From contig CAWARH010000006.1 of the NCBI GenBank assembly GCA_963784485.1, positions 580,298 through 644,297 on the forward strand: 64,000 nucleotides of DNA. The letters run 5' to 3'. The first letter of the stretch is position 1. Every line of letters begins with the position of its first letter. Origin of the DNA: an uncultured Actinomycetota bacterium (GTDB taxonomy: Bacteria; Actinomycetota; Actinomycetes; Propionibacteriales; Nocardioidaceae). The position numbers and the translations under genes were made by a program. This document shows, piece by piece, positions 17,701 through 25,422 of this stretch. The notes beneath the pieces were generated by a model. That model was not told the DNA's origin, made no database searches, and saw only the letters and a program-made list of their open reading frames with translations.

Positions 17701-18988
17701 GACGCAGGCCGGCGCGTCGGGCGGGCCCTTCCACCGCGCTGCGGAGCCCTGCCTCGCCCAGCGGGCCGAGGAGGTAGAGGCCACCCTCCACGACCCGGGC
17801 GATCTCGGAGTAGGGCGCGAAGTCGCCGAGGTGGTCGGCTCGCACGGCCAGTACCAGTGATCCGCCGGCGCCCACGTGCACCGCCAGCGCCTCGGCGTAC
17901 CTGGCCCGTTCGCCCGCGTCCACGCAGAGCGTCACGGCCTCCTCGGCCTGGTCGACCACCAGGGTCTGCAGTCCGCGGGGCTGCAACGCGACCAGCGAGT
18001 CCATCGGGTGCGCCCCCGGCGTCGTGACCAGCACCGGGAGACCACTCCGGACGAGCGACGCCACCACGCCGGCACGGACCAGGGAGGACTTCCCGACTCC
18101 GGAGGGGCCAGCCACCGTGAGCACGTGGGTCTCGCGCAGACGCCTCAGGCACACCGCCACGTCGTCGTGGCGCCCGAAGAACGTGTCGGCGTCCTCGGTG
18201 CCGTAGGGAAGCAGCCCCCGGTAGGGGCAGGTCGCGCTCACCCCGAAGACCTCCGGCTGGCCGAGTGGGGGGTCCGGCTTCAGGAGCAGCCGTTCGAGTC
18301 GCTCGAGCTCAGGGCCGAGGTCCAGGCCCAGCTCGCCGACGAGAAGGGACCGCGCGCGCTTCACCGCTGCCAGGGCCTCAGGCTGCCGACCCGTGCGGTA
18401 CAGCGCGGTGGCGAGCAGCGTCCACCGGCGCTCGCGGTACGGCGACTCAGCCACCAACGCTCGTGCGCGTTCCAGCACCGCGTGCGAGCGGCCGGCGGCG
18501 ATCGCGGACCCGACCCAGACCTCCTCGGCGTCCATGCGCAGCCCCTCGAGGCGCCCCGCCTCGACCCTCCCGGGTCCCCACGCGGCCAGGTCCGTCAAAG
18601 GCGGGCCCCGCCACAGGTCCAGGGCCTCGCCCGCGAGGCAGGACGCGCGCCCCGGGTCGCCTGCGGCCAGGGCCTCACTGGCCTGGTCCCCCAGCCGTTC
18701 GAAGGTCCGGAGGTCGAGCTCGTCGTCGGACAACGTCAAGCGGTACCCGGACGGGACGGACTCGATGGCGGCGGGGCCGAGCACCTCCCGCAGCCGCACG
18801 ACGCACCCCTGGATCACCGTGGCCCACGATGCGGGCACGGCGTCGCCCCACAGCGCGTCCGCCAGGGCGTCCTGCGTCACCGGTGTTCCAGCCCGCACCA
18901 CCAGGGCCGACAGGACCACCCGGTCCCGCGGGCCCAGCCCGTCGGCGCTGCCCTCGACCTGGAGCGGGCCGAGTACGGCGATGCCCAT
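14774..18988 (-). CDS. SARP (OmpR-type wHTH + BTAD) - STAND P-loop NTPase - TM helix - double beta-propeller (WD40/PD40-like) protein
   Basis: N-terminus GIAVLGPLQVEG...YRLTL plus a BTAD helical region. CPYRGLLPYGTEDADTFFGR is followed by Walker A GPSGVGKSS (nt 18083-18109). A hydrophobic segment LAGALGGVGVFLALALLTGVLAV lies at nt ~16949-17017. About 14 SPDG/SxDG blade repeats follow. Start set at ATG 18988 (MGIAVLG). Confidence 0.85.
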   Translation of the reverse strand: MGIAVLGPLQVEGSADGLGPRDRVVLSALVVRAGTPVTQDALADALWGDAVPASWATVIQGCVVRLREVLGPAAIESVPSGYRLTLSDDELDLRTFERLGDQASEALAAGDPGRASCLAGEALDLWRGPPLTDLAAWGPGRVEAGRLEGLRMDAEEVWVGSAIAAGRSHAVLERARALVAESPYRERRWTLLATALYRTGRQPEALAAVKRARSLLVGELGLDLGPELERLERLLLKPDPPLGQPEVFGVSATCPYRGLLPYGTEDADTFFGRHDDVAVCLRRLRETHVLTVAGPSGVGKSSLVRAGVVASLVRSGLPVLVTTPGAHPMDSLVALQPRGLQTLVVDQAEEAVTLCVDAGERARYAEALAVHVGAGGSLVLAVRADHLGDFAPYSEIARVVEGGLYLLGPLGEAGLRSAVEGPARRAGLRLEPGLVDLLVDEVDGEPAALPLLSHALRETWQRREGPTLTVAGYRAAGGIRQAVTQSAESLYDAMDASQRAQLRGMLLRLVVPTGDGVPARARLPRDTVALDPERARLLERLVEARLVSVEGETVQIAHEAVVQVWPRLRGWLDDDLDGQRLFGHLTGAAHAWETMGRPDSELYRGIRLTRTREWRERARPDLDRSEAAFLDASLAGWRAEQRAASTRAARDRRSRRRLAGALGGVGVFLALALLTGVLAVRAADRAEQDRRGRERAALVVEAQRAGAQAAGQQDLAAGLLLAVEAMTVNPSPRSRDALGAVLTRAGPLSRVHAIRGLAVSVALSPDGKTLALSMAPDAEDPGIHLYDATTLEPVDFAGTPPSSIIRFSPDGRQIAMAVNQWVEDKQAPPRLDDQPIQLLDLPGGALARRQLGGWRPGDSVEYALDYSDDGRRISAVVQRFDLKAEQFTGLGTAAVWDLGHPRRPVFGVTVPEYALVALDADGRRLYVAMKGQDSLRSYDVDSGRLLHAADVPLQPGQVPTGLDLSPDGSTIAVTTGRRILLYDATTLRAGGPRMRGFEPAEGGRFSHDGTLLMAASADESVEVWDTRSGALVHHLRAPGGLWGTSTAWSSDDHAIYGTLGSVGLATWSLGGTRRPLSLSDDVGVPSDAATDLALPAPDGRTLARFRAGRLRFVDLATGRRTSWSARLGDQVNARWTPDSRWMLSTGTDARLRIWDTTTGRQIAVRGLRTVGAAQTFSSDGERVYAEDVRGTLAVLERATLRPVGATAIAAGATGLMARGDSVVVLRADGSFLRVRPETGASVSRAPPGTLSDPRSLANDLSPDGSLLATSDPDGRMRLLDLETLEWIGESVQDGGGIVGFAPDGRQVAALQGDRVRLWDGHSGEYHASIPLPDQVIRAFGWLPDGSALVLASADGRTWVTDARTDGWRERACTIAGRNLTPAEWQHFFPSRPYGTTCPQWPTGS

Positions 18989-19120
18989 GTCTCGACTCTC
19001 GACCTTGCGGGAGGAGGCGTCAACGGGCCATGACCGCACCGACACCGCCGTGGGCCACCCAGCCGTTGCGGAGCGGTTCCTGGCCCTAGCCGCGTCGGGA
19101 ACGGGCCGGTCTGGCCATCC

Positions 19121-19157
19121 TTGACTCGAGGCAGGATGGTGCTAATAATACTAGCAT
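19121..19157 (+). promoter_or_regulatory. Strong sigma70-like promoter TTGACT-N17-AATAAT with overlapping inverted repeat TGCTA-N7-TAGCA; near-leaderless transcript
   Basis: -35 at 19121-19126, -10 at 19144-19149 and the inverted repeat at 19140-19156. The ATG is at 19159, so the leader is only a few nt. This is the only strongly AT-rich patch in this region. Confidence 0.5.
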
Positions 19158-19158
19158 C

Positions 19159-19506
19159 ATGCGATGGTCCATCGATCACTCCTCCCGCGACTCGCTGCAG
19201 CACCAGATCGCCAGCAGCGCCCGTTTCGGCGTGGCGTCAGGGATGCTCGCCGTCGGCGAGCAGCTCCCCCCGGCGGCCGAGCTCGCGGAGGCCCTGTCGG
19301 TGGACCGCAACACCGTCCTTGCGGCGTACCGACAGCTGCGCGACGAGGGCCTGCTCGAGTTCCGCCGGGGTCGCGGGGCTCGGGTCACCGCGACGGCCCC
19401 CGACCTGTCGCCGGTCACCGAGGCGGCCCACCACCTGATCACGGTCGCGCGCACCCACGGCCTCGGCCGCGCCGACCTGGTTCGCCTGATCGAGGAGCTG
19501 ACATGA
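19159..19506 (+). CDS. GntR-family (short YtrA-like) transcriptional regulator
   Basis: wHTH LPPAAELAEALSVDRNTVLAAYRQLRDEGLLEFRRGRGARV, with a 115-aa short C-terminal part. Confidence 0.8.
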   Translation: MRWSIDHSSRDSLQHQIASSARFGVASGMLAVGEQLPPAAELAEALSVDRNTVLAAYRQLRDEGLLEFRRGRGARVTATAPDLSPVTEAAHHLITVARTHGLGRADLVRLIEELT

Positions 19507-19994
19507 CCAAGCCCGGCTACGCCGACACCCACCGGTACTCGATCTACACCGGCCGAGCCACGAACTGGACCATGATCGTGGCCTTTGCCGTGGTGGCGGT
19601 CCCGCTCTTCCTGCTCGGGGGCGACCCCGAGCAGGACGGGTGGGAGCTGGCCCTGCCGCTGCTGCTGTACGCCGTCGGCGTGCTCGTGTACGCGCTGACC
19701 GGCTCGAGCGTCCGCACCACCGCCGGGCCGAACGGCGTCACCGTGCGCTTCGGCGCGCTCGGATGGCCACGGTGCACCTACCGCCTCGACCAGATCGACC
19801 GGGCCGAGGTGGTCGACCTGCACCCCCTCTCGGTGGCCTTCGGGTTCTGGTGGACTCCGCGACGCACCTGCTGCACCGTCCGTTCCGGCCCCACCCTGCG
19901 CCTGCTCCTGCACAGTGGCCGGTCGGTCACCATCACCGCACCTGAGCCGCACGCCGCAGTCGCCGCGCTCGACGAGGGACGGGCCGCGAGGTAG
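19503..19994 (+). CDS. membrane protein of unknown function
   Basis: ATGA overlap with the GntR stop. Two or three hydrophobic helices (WTMIVAFAVVAVPLFLL, LALPLLLYAVGVLVYAL). Confidence 0.6.
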   Translation: MTKPGYADTHRYSIYTGRATNWTMIVAFAVVAVPLFLLGGDPEQDGWELALPLLLYAVGVLVYALTGSSVRTTAGPNGVTVRFGALGWPRCTYRLDQIDRAEVVDLHPLSVAFGFWWTPRRTCCTVRSGPTLRLLLHSGRSVTITAPEPHAAVAALDEGRAAR

Positions 19995-20012
19995 GCGGAC
20001 CGCGGTCGGGAC

Positions 20013-20041
20013 CCGGCTCGAGCCCGCGGGTGACGAGCCGG
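20013..20041 (+). terminator. possible hairpin terminator (CCGGCTCG-N13-CGAGCCGG)
   Basis: 8-bp GC-rich arms about 20 nt after the stop at 19994, with no U-tract. Confidence 0.3.
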
Positions 20042-20111
20042 CGCGGGTGCTCGGCGCAGGCCGCTGCCCTAGTCTCGAGCTGTCGGGTGCCACGCCCGGG
20101 AGGGAGCGCCG

Positions 20112-22889
20112 ATGGCCGACCCGTTGGTGGAGACCAAGCTCCTGCTGCCCGAGCCACGCCGCGAGCTGGTGCTGCGCCCCCGCCTGCTCGACCTGTTGCG
20201 CCGCGGCTCCCGGTGCAAGGTCACGCTGATCTCCGCCCCCGCGGGCTTCGGCAAGACGACCCTGCTGGCCTCCTGGTTCGGCGCCGCCTCGTCCACCCCT
20301 CGCCGCGGTCACCGGGTTGCCTGGGTGTCGCTGGACGAACGCGACCGAGAGGCCACGTCGTTCTGGACCTACCTGCTCCAGGCCCTCGACCGAGCCGTTC
20401 CGGGTTCCGCTGCCGCCGGGCTCACCCTGCTGCACTCCGGCCAGGCGCCCGTGGAGACCGTGCTCGCCGGCCTGGTCAACGAGCTCAGCGTGCTCCCGGA
20501 CGAGGTGACGATCGTCCTGGACGACTACCACCTCGCCGACGGCGGCGAGGTCGCCACCGGGATGGCCTTCCTCGTCGACCACCTGCCGCCGCAGCTCCGG
20601 CTGGCCATCGGGACCCGGGCCGACCCGGCGCTGCCGCTCTCCAGGCTGCGGGTCGGCGGCGAGCTCGTCGAGATCCGCGCCTCCGACCTCCGCTTCACCG
20701 GCGGGGAGGTGGCCGGCTACCTCAACGACCTCCACGACCTCGACCTGCCGCCTGCTGACATCGCCGCACTGGAGACCCGCACCGAGGGGTGGATCGCCGC
20801 TCTCCAGCTGGCGGCGCTCTCGTTGGGCGACCGCGATGACCGCGCCGACTTCATCGCCGGGTTCGCCGGCGACGACCGCTTCGTCCTCGACTACCTTGCC
20901 GACGAGGTGCTCGGTCGCCAGCCCCCCGACGTACGCCGCTTCCTGCTCGACACCTCCATCCTCGACCGGCTCACCGGGTCACTCTGCGACGCGGTCAGCC
21001 CCCTGCCCGGACGAGCCGGCGACAGGGCCGGCGCGGCGATGCTCGAGGCCGTGGACCGGGCGAACCTGTTCCTCGTGCGGCTCGACGACCGCCGCGGCTG
21101 GTACCGCTACCACCGCCTGTTCGCCGACGTCCTGCGTGCGCACCTGCTCGTGGAACGACCCGATGACGTCCCCGCCCTGCACCGCCGAGCAGCCCGGTGG
21201 TACACCGAGGCGGGACAGCCCGAGGCCGCCTTCAGCCACGCGCTGGCCGGCGGAGACCGCGAAGGCGCCGCGGACCTCGTCGAGCGCAGCTACCGGGCCC
21301 TCGGTCGTGAACGGCGCGAGGACCTCCTCCGTCGGTGGGCGCACGAGCTGCCCGCCGACGCCGTACGCGACCGGCCCGTGCTCGCGATCGCCCTCGTCGG
21401 CGGGCTGATGGCCAGCAACGTGTTCGACGGCGTCGCCCCACGCCTCGACCATGTCGAGCGCCTGTTGGCGAGACCGGCAGCGGACCTCGTGGTCGCGGAC
21501 CCCGACGAGCTCCCCCGGGTTCCGGCAGCCGTCGAGATGTACCGTGCCGCACTCGCGCTCGTCGGTGGTGACCCCCGTGGCGCCATCGCACGGGCCCGCC
21601 GGGCCATCGACGCTGCTGTCGACGGGGACGACCTCATCACCGGCGCTGCCGCCGCGCTGTCCGGGCTCGCGTCCTGGACCACCGGCGACCTCGCCACGGC
21701 GCACGCCAGCTACACCACCGCCCTCCCCGCCCTCGCTCGTGCCGGGCACACCGCGGACGTGCTGGGCTGCTCGATCGCGTTGGCCGACATGGAGCTCAGG
21801 CTCGGCCACCTCCGGCAGGCCGAGCGCACCTTCGGTCGCGCGCTCGCGCTCGCCGAGATGCAGGCGTCGGCCGGTGCCGGGGTCATGCGAGGCACTGCGG
21901 ACATGCTCGTAGGTCTCAGCCGGGTCGCTTGGTACCACAACGACCTCAGCGCTGTGGCCAAGCTCCTGCGCCGTTCCGACGAGCTCGGCGAAGCAGCGGC
22001 GCTCGCGCAGAACCCGTACCGGTGGCGGGTCGGCCTGGCGCGGCTCCGGGCCGCTCAGGGCGACCTCTCGACCGCGCTGGAGCTCCTCGACGACGCGGAG
22101 CGCGTCTACGTGGGCGACTACTCGCCGAACGTGCAGCCGATCCACGCGACCCGTGCCCGCGTGCTCGCCGCCCGCGGTGACATCGGGGAGGCGCTCGACT
22201 GGGCACGACGGCACCGGGTCACGAAGGACGACGACCTGTCGTACGTGCGCGAGTACGAACACCTCTCGCTCGCTCGGGTCCTGCTCGCCGAGCACGCGGC
22301 GACCGGGTCCCTGCAGGTGCTCGAGGACGCGGCTGCCCTGCTGGACCGCCTGCTCGCCGCAGCCCGGGCCGGAGCGCGCACGGGCACGGTGATCGAGGTC
22401 GAGGTGCTCCGGGCCGTCACCCAGCACGCACGCGGCGCAAGCGACGCATCGCTCCAGGCCCTGCGGCACGCCGTCGAGCTCGCCGAGCCGGACGGCTGGG
22501 TGCGGGTCTTCGTCGACGCCGCCCCGGTCGTGGCCGACCTGCTGCACGAGCTTGCCGGGAACGAGCCTCCCTCCGCCTTCTTGCGGGGACTCCTGGCTGC
22601 GGCGAGCGGGCACGAGGACGCCACCACCGACGCGGCCGGCGACACGACGCCGGCACCCGGACCTGTGGCGCGGCTGGTCGACCCCCTGAGCGTCCGCGAG
22701 CTGGAGGTCCTGCGGCTCCTGGGCTCGGATCTCGACGGGCCCGCCATCGCGCGCCGGCTGGTCGTGTCCCTCAACACCGTCCGCACCCACACCAAGCACA
22801 TCTACACCAAGCTCGACGTCAACAGCCGACGCGCGGCGGTCAGCAAGGCGCACCGGCTGGGGCTCCTGCCGGGCCCGGGCCCCCGCTGA
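20112..22889 (+). CDS. LAL-type (MalT-like) LuxR-family transcriptional regulator
   Basis: N-terminal Walker A SAPAGFGKTTLL, a long helical/TPR-like middle, and a C-terminal LuxR HTH (LSVRELEVLRLLGSDL...LNTVRTHTKHIYTKL). Confidence 0.85.
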   Translation: MADPLVETKLLLPEPRRELVLRPRLLDLLRRGSRCKVTLISAPAGFGKTTLLASWFGAASSTPRRGHRVAWVSLDERDREATSFWTYLLQALDRAVPGSAAAGLTLLHSGQAPVETVLAGLVNELSVLPDEVTIVLDDYHLADGGEVATGMAFLVDHLPPQLRLAIGTRADPALPLSRLRVGGELVEIRASDLRFTGGEVAGYLNDLHDLDLPPADIAALETRTEGWIAALQLAALSLGDRDDRADFIAGFAGDDRFVLDYLADEVLGRQPPDVRRFLLDTSILDRLTGSLCDAVSPLPGRAGDRAGAAMLEAVDRANLFLVRLDDRRGWYRYHRLFADVLRAHLLVERPDDVPALHRRAARWYTEAGQPEAAFSHALAGGDREGAADLVERSYRALGRERREDLLRRWAHELPADAVRDRPVLAIALVGGLMASNVFDGVAPRLDHVERLLARPAADLVVADPDELPRVPAAVEMYRAALALVGGDPRGAIARARRAIDAAVDGDDLITGAAAALSGLASWTTGDLATAHASYTTALPALARAGHTADVLGCSIALADMELRLGHLRQAERTFGRALALAEMQASAGAGVMRGTADMLVGLSRVAWYHNDLSAVAKLLRRSDELGEAAALAQNPYRWRVGLARLRAAQGDLSTALELLDDAERVYVGDYSPNVQPIHATRARVLAARGDIGEALDWARRHRVTKDDDLSYVREYEHLSLARVLLAEHAATGSLQVLEDAAALLDRLLAAARAGARTGTVIEVEVLRAVTQHARGASDASLQALRHAVELAEPDGWVRVFVDAAPVVADLLHELAGNEPPSAFLRGLLAAASGHEDATTDAAGDTTPAPGPVARLVDPLSVRELEVLRLLGSDLDGPAIARRLVVSLNTVRTHTKHIYTKLDVNSRRAAVSKAHRLGLLPGPGPR

Positions 22890-23028
22890 TCGCGCGCTGG
22901 GCGCCCGGGAGCCGCGCCATCTCACCAGGCCTCTCACCTCATCTGGTGACGCCAGGTCACCCCGTCGGCTCCTAGGTTCCAGTCATCCCGGCGAGGTCCG
23001 CCGAGAACCAGCCAGACAGGAGCCGACC

Positions 23029-23721
23029 ATGAGCATCACGCCCACCGCTCTCACCCGGGCCTCCGGTGCAGCCGCCGTGGCCGCCGGACTGATCTTCATC
23101 GGAGTCCAGGTCAACCACCCGCACCTGGACGCCGTGTCGATCACGACGACCGAGATGGCCGTCCGCAACTCCCTCAAGGTGGCCATGGCCGCACTGGCGC
23201 TGGTCGGCATCACCGGCATGTACCTGCACCAGGTGCGGCAGATGGGCTGGCTCGGCCTGGTCGGGTACCTGCTCTTCGGCGCCAACTACCTCGTCATCAT
23301 GGCCACGTCCTTCGTGGCGGCGTACGTCCTGCCCTCCATCGCTGCGACCAACCCGGCGTACGTCGACAACGTGCTCGACGCCGCCAGCGGCCGCTCCGCC
23401 ACCGGCGACATCGGCCTGCTCCACACCGTGGTCGCACTCGAGGGCGGACTCTTCCTGGCAGGCGGGCTCGTCTTCGGCGTCGCGCTGTACCGGGCACGGG
23501 TCCTTGCCCGCTGGGCCGCCGCGCTCCTCGCGGTCGGCGGCGTCGTCACCGCCGCGCTCACCCTGATGCCGGACGCGTTCTACCGGCTGCTGGCCTTCCC
23601 GAACAGCATCGCCCTGATCGGCCTCGGCTGCTCGCTCTGGCTCGGCACGCGCAGCGACGCCCCCGCCCGATCGACCCGTCCCGGCCACGACCCGGTTCCC
23701 GCCACGGTCGGTGCCTCGTGA
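23029..23721 (+). CDS. integral membrane protein of unknown function
   Basis: About 6 hydrophobic helices, good GC3 bias, and an aggag SD upstream. Confidence 0.6.
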   Translation: MSITPTALTRASGAAAVAAGLIFIGVQVNHPHLDAVSITTTEMAVRNSLKVAMAALALVGITGMYLHQVRQMGWLGLVGYLLFGANYLVIMATSFVAAYVLPSIAATNPAYVDNVLDAASGRSATGDIGLLHTVVALEGGLFLAGGLVFGVALYRARVLARWAAALLAVGGVVTAALTLMPDAFYRLLAFPNSIALIGLGCSLWLGTRSDAPARSTRPGHDPVPATVGAS

Positions 23722-24383
23722 CCCGCCCGGTCGGCCGGTGGGTGCCGGCCGGGCTGGTCGCGCTCGCCGCGATCCCCGTGCTGGCCGGCAGCGCCCGCCT
23801 CGTCGAGCTCCTCGGCGGACCCGATCTCATCCCCGCGGATGCCCGCTTCGCAGCCTCCCCGCTCCCGGTGGTGGTCCACGTCTCGACGGCGATCGCCTAC
23901 GCCCTCCTCGGGGCACTGCAGTTCTCCGCCGGCCTGCGCCGCCGTCACCCTGCATGGCACCGGCGAGCGGGCCGTCTCCTGGTCGCGCTCGGCCTCGCGG
24001 TCGCCCTCTCGGCTCTCTGGATGACCCTGGCCCTCCCGGTCAAGGAAGGCACGGGGGCGCTCCTGTACCTGTTCCGGCTGGTCTTCGGAGCCGGCATGGC
24101 CCTCAGCATCGTCCTCGGACTCGCCGCCGTCCGCCGGCGTGACCTCGCCCGGCACCGCGCCTGGATGACCCGTGCCTACGCCCTTGCTCTGGGCGCCGGC
24201 ACCCAGGCGTTCACGGTCGGCGTAGGCGGAGCGCTCCTCGGAGCGGGGGTCGTCCGCCACGACCTCCTGATGGGAGCCGCATGGGTGGTCAACCTCGCCG
24301 TCGCGGAAGCGATCATCCGCCGCCCCTCCGTCCGACGGACCCGCACCGGTCGGCCCCGCGCGGCGCTGGTCGCGTCGCGATGA
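23718..24383 (+). CDS. DUF2306-like membrane protein
   Basis: GTGA overlap. Sequence pattern LVALAAIPVLAGSARLVEL...PVVVHVSTAIAYALLGALQF...HRRAGR resembles DUF2306. Confidence 0.5.
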   Translation: MTRPVGRWVPAGLVALAAIPVLAGSARLVELLGGPDLIPADARFAASPLPVVVHVSTAIAYALLGALQFSAGLRRRHPAWHRRAGRLLVALGLAVALSALWMTLALPVKEGTGALLYLFRLVFGAGMALSIVLGLAAVRRRDLARHRAWMTRAYALALGAGTQAFTVGVGGALLGAGVVRHDLLMGAAWVVNLAVAEAIIRRPSVRRTRTGRPRAALVASR

Positions 24384-24670
24384 GCCGACCGGCGGCCCCC
24401 GCACCAACGCAGTACGCACTGCGTGTCGAGGGGCACCTGGCCCCCCGCTGGTCGACCTGGTTCGGGGGCCTCACCCTCACCCAGAACGACGACGGGACCA
24501 CGACGCTGCGCGGTCCCGTGACCGACCAGGCCGAGCTGCACGGCCTGCTCGCCAAGGTGCGCGACCTCGGTGCCACCCTGCTCTCGGTCACGACCCTCGA
24601 CTCCGACGGGCGAGCGTCCCCTCAGTGCGGCGACATCGACGCGAGCGCACCGAGGGACCGGCCGAGGTAG
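24380..24670 (+). CDS. small conserved hypothetical protein
   Basis: ATGA overlap. YALRVEGHLAPRWSTWFGGLTLTQNDDGTTTLRGPVTDQAELHGLLAKVRDLG is a pattern I recall as a recurrent actinobacterial hypothetical. The 3' end overlaps the convergent gene by 49 nt. Confidence 0.5.
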   Translation: MSRPAAPAPTQYALRVEGHLAPRWSTWFGGLTLTQNDDGTTTLRGPVTDQAELHGLLAKVRDLGATLLSVTTLDSDGRASPQCGDIDASAPRDRPR

Positions 24671-25221
24671 GCGAGCAGCCGCTCGTGCGGAGGACGCCCG
24701 CCCTCGTCGGCACAGGTGCTCACCTCGGGGCCGAAGACACCGGGGACGCGGTAGGCGTCGACACCGCCCATCCGGCCCATCAACCCGAGCAGGGCCGCGC
24801 ACTGGTCCTGGTCGACGAGGTCCGCCCGGTCGACGGCGACGGCGATGTCGACACCGTGCACCACGACCTCGGTGAGGTGGATGATCGCGGCGAGCGGGCC
24901 GGGCAAGGTTCCCAGCCCGAGGGTGATGGTTCCCTCCAACGCGTCGGCTCGCGCCCAGGCTGCGCGGTCGGCGGCTGCTGCCCGGGCGTACGCCGCGACG
25001 GGGTCGGCACCGAGCCAGTCGGAGTCGTGCGCGGCGCGCTCGGGGGTGCCGCTGACCTCACCGGCGAAGATGCGGATGCCGCCGACGAGGTGGTTGGCGA
25101 CCCGGTGCACGTCCCACCCCTCACACGGGGTGGGACGCTGCCACTGGTCGGCCTGCACTGCGCCGACCACCGCGGCGGTCGTCGTGAGGGCCGCGTGGAT
25201 CGCGGTGGTCACGTCGTTCAT
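24622..25221 (-). CDS. DinB/mycothiol-dependent maleylpyruvate isomerase-family protein (TIGR03086-like)
   Basis: MNDVTTAIHAAL...QWQRPTPCEGWDVHRVANHLVGG is the characteristic N-terminal metal-binding domain pattern. Confidence 0.7.
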   Translation of the reverse strand: MNDVTTAIHAALTTTAAVVGAVQADQWQRPTPCEGWDVHRVANHLVGGIRIFAGEVSGTPERAAHDSDWLGADPVAAYARAAAADRAAWARADALEGTITLGLGTLPGPLAAIIHLTEVVVHGVDIAVAVDRADLVDQDQCAALLGLMGRMGGVDAYRVPGVFGPEVSTCADEGGRPPHERLLAYLGRSLGALASMSPH

Positions 25222-25328
25222 GTCGTGCTCCTGTCGCAGCAGTCGGCCGGGTGCCGTGACACCCACCCTGGCTGTCCGAGGAGTCGCGCCGCGTCGGCGC
25301 CAGGGTGGACTTCGATGCGCCCGGTCCT

Positions 25329-25358
25329 GGTGGCCTCCACCCCGGGGTGGAGGCCACC
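25329..25358 (-). terminator. perfect 13-bp GC-rich hairpin (GGTGGCCTCCACC-ccgg-GGTGGAGGCCACC) downstream of gcdH
   Basis: Lies about 65 nt after the gcdH stop (25423) and before the next gene start (25221). No U-tract. Confidence 0.5.
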
Positions 25359-25422
25359 TGCCTTCCCCGCTTCGACTACCGACCCACGGGGGCTCGCGGT
25401 CGAGCGCGGTCTTCCCAGGCGC

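Noticed and set aside
15750-18152. 800-aa alternative-frame ORF inside the STAND gene, plus several 100-500-aa plus-strand ORFs (for example 16289-17860 and 17876-19033)
   Set aside because: Same low-complexity Arg/Pro/Gly composition. The 14774-18988 frame carries all the recognisable domains.
14774-18988. The STAND protein as an Avs/bNACHT-type antiphage defence gene
   Set aside because: The N-terminal module is a SARP DNA-binding domain, not a nuclease, TIR, protease or pore effector. No partner effector gene is adjacent. It is kept as an architectural curiosity only.
24622-24670. Identical 49-nt convergent overlaps at 24622-24670 and 55649-55697
   Set aside because: The two sequences are unrelated. 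The equal length appears coincidental, and one or both stops or starts may be mis-set.
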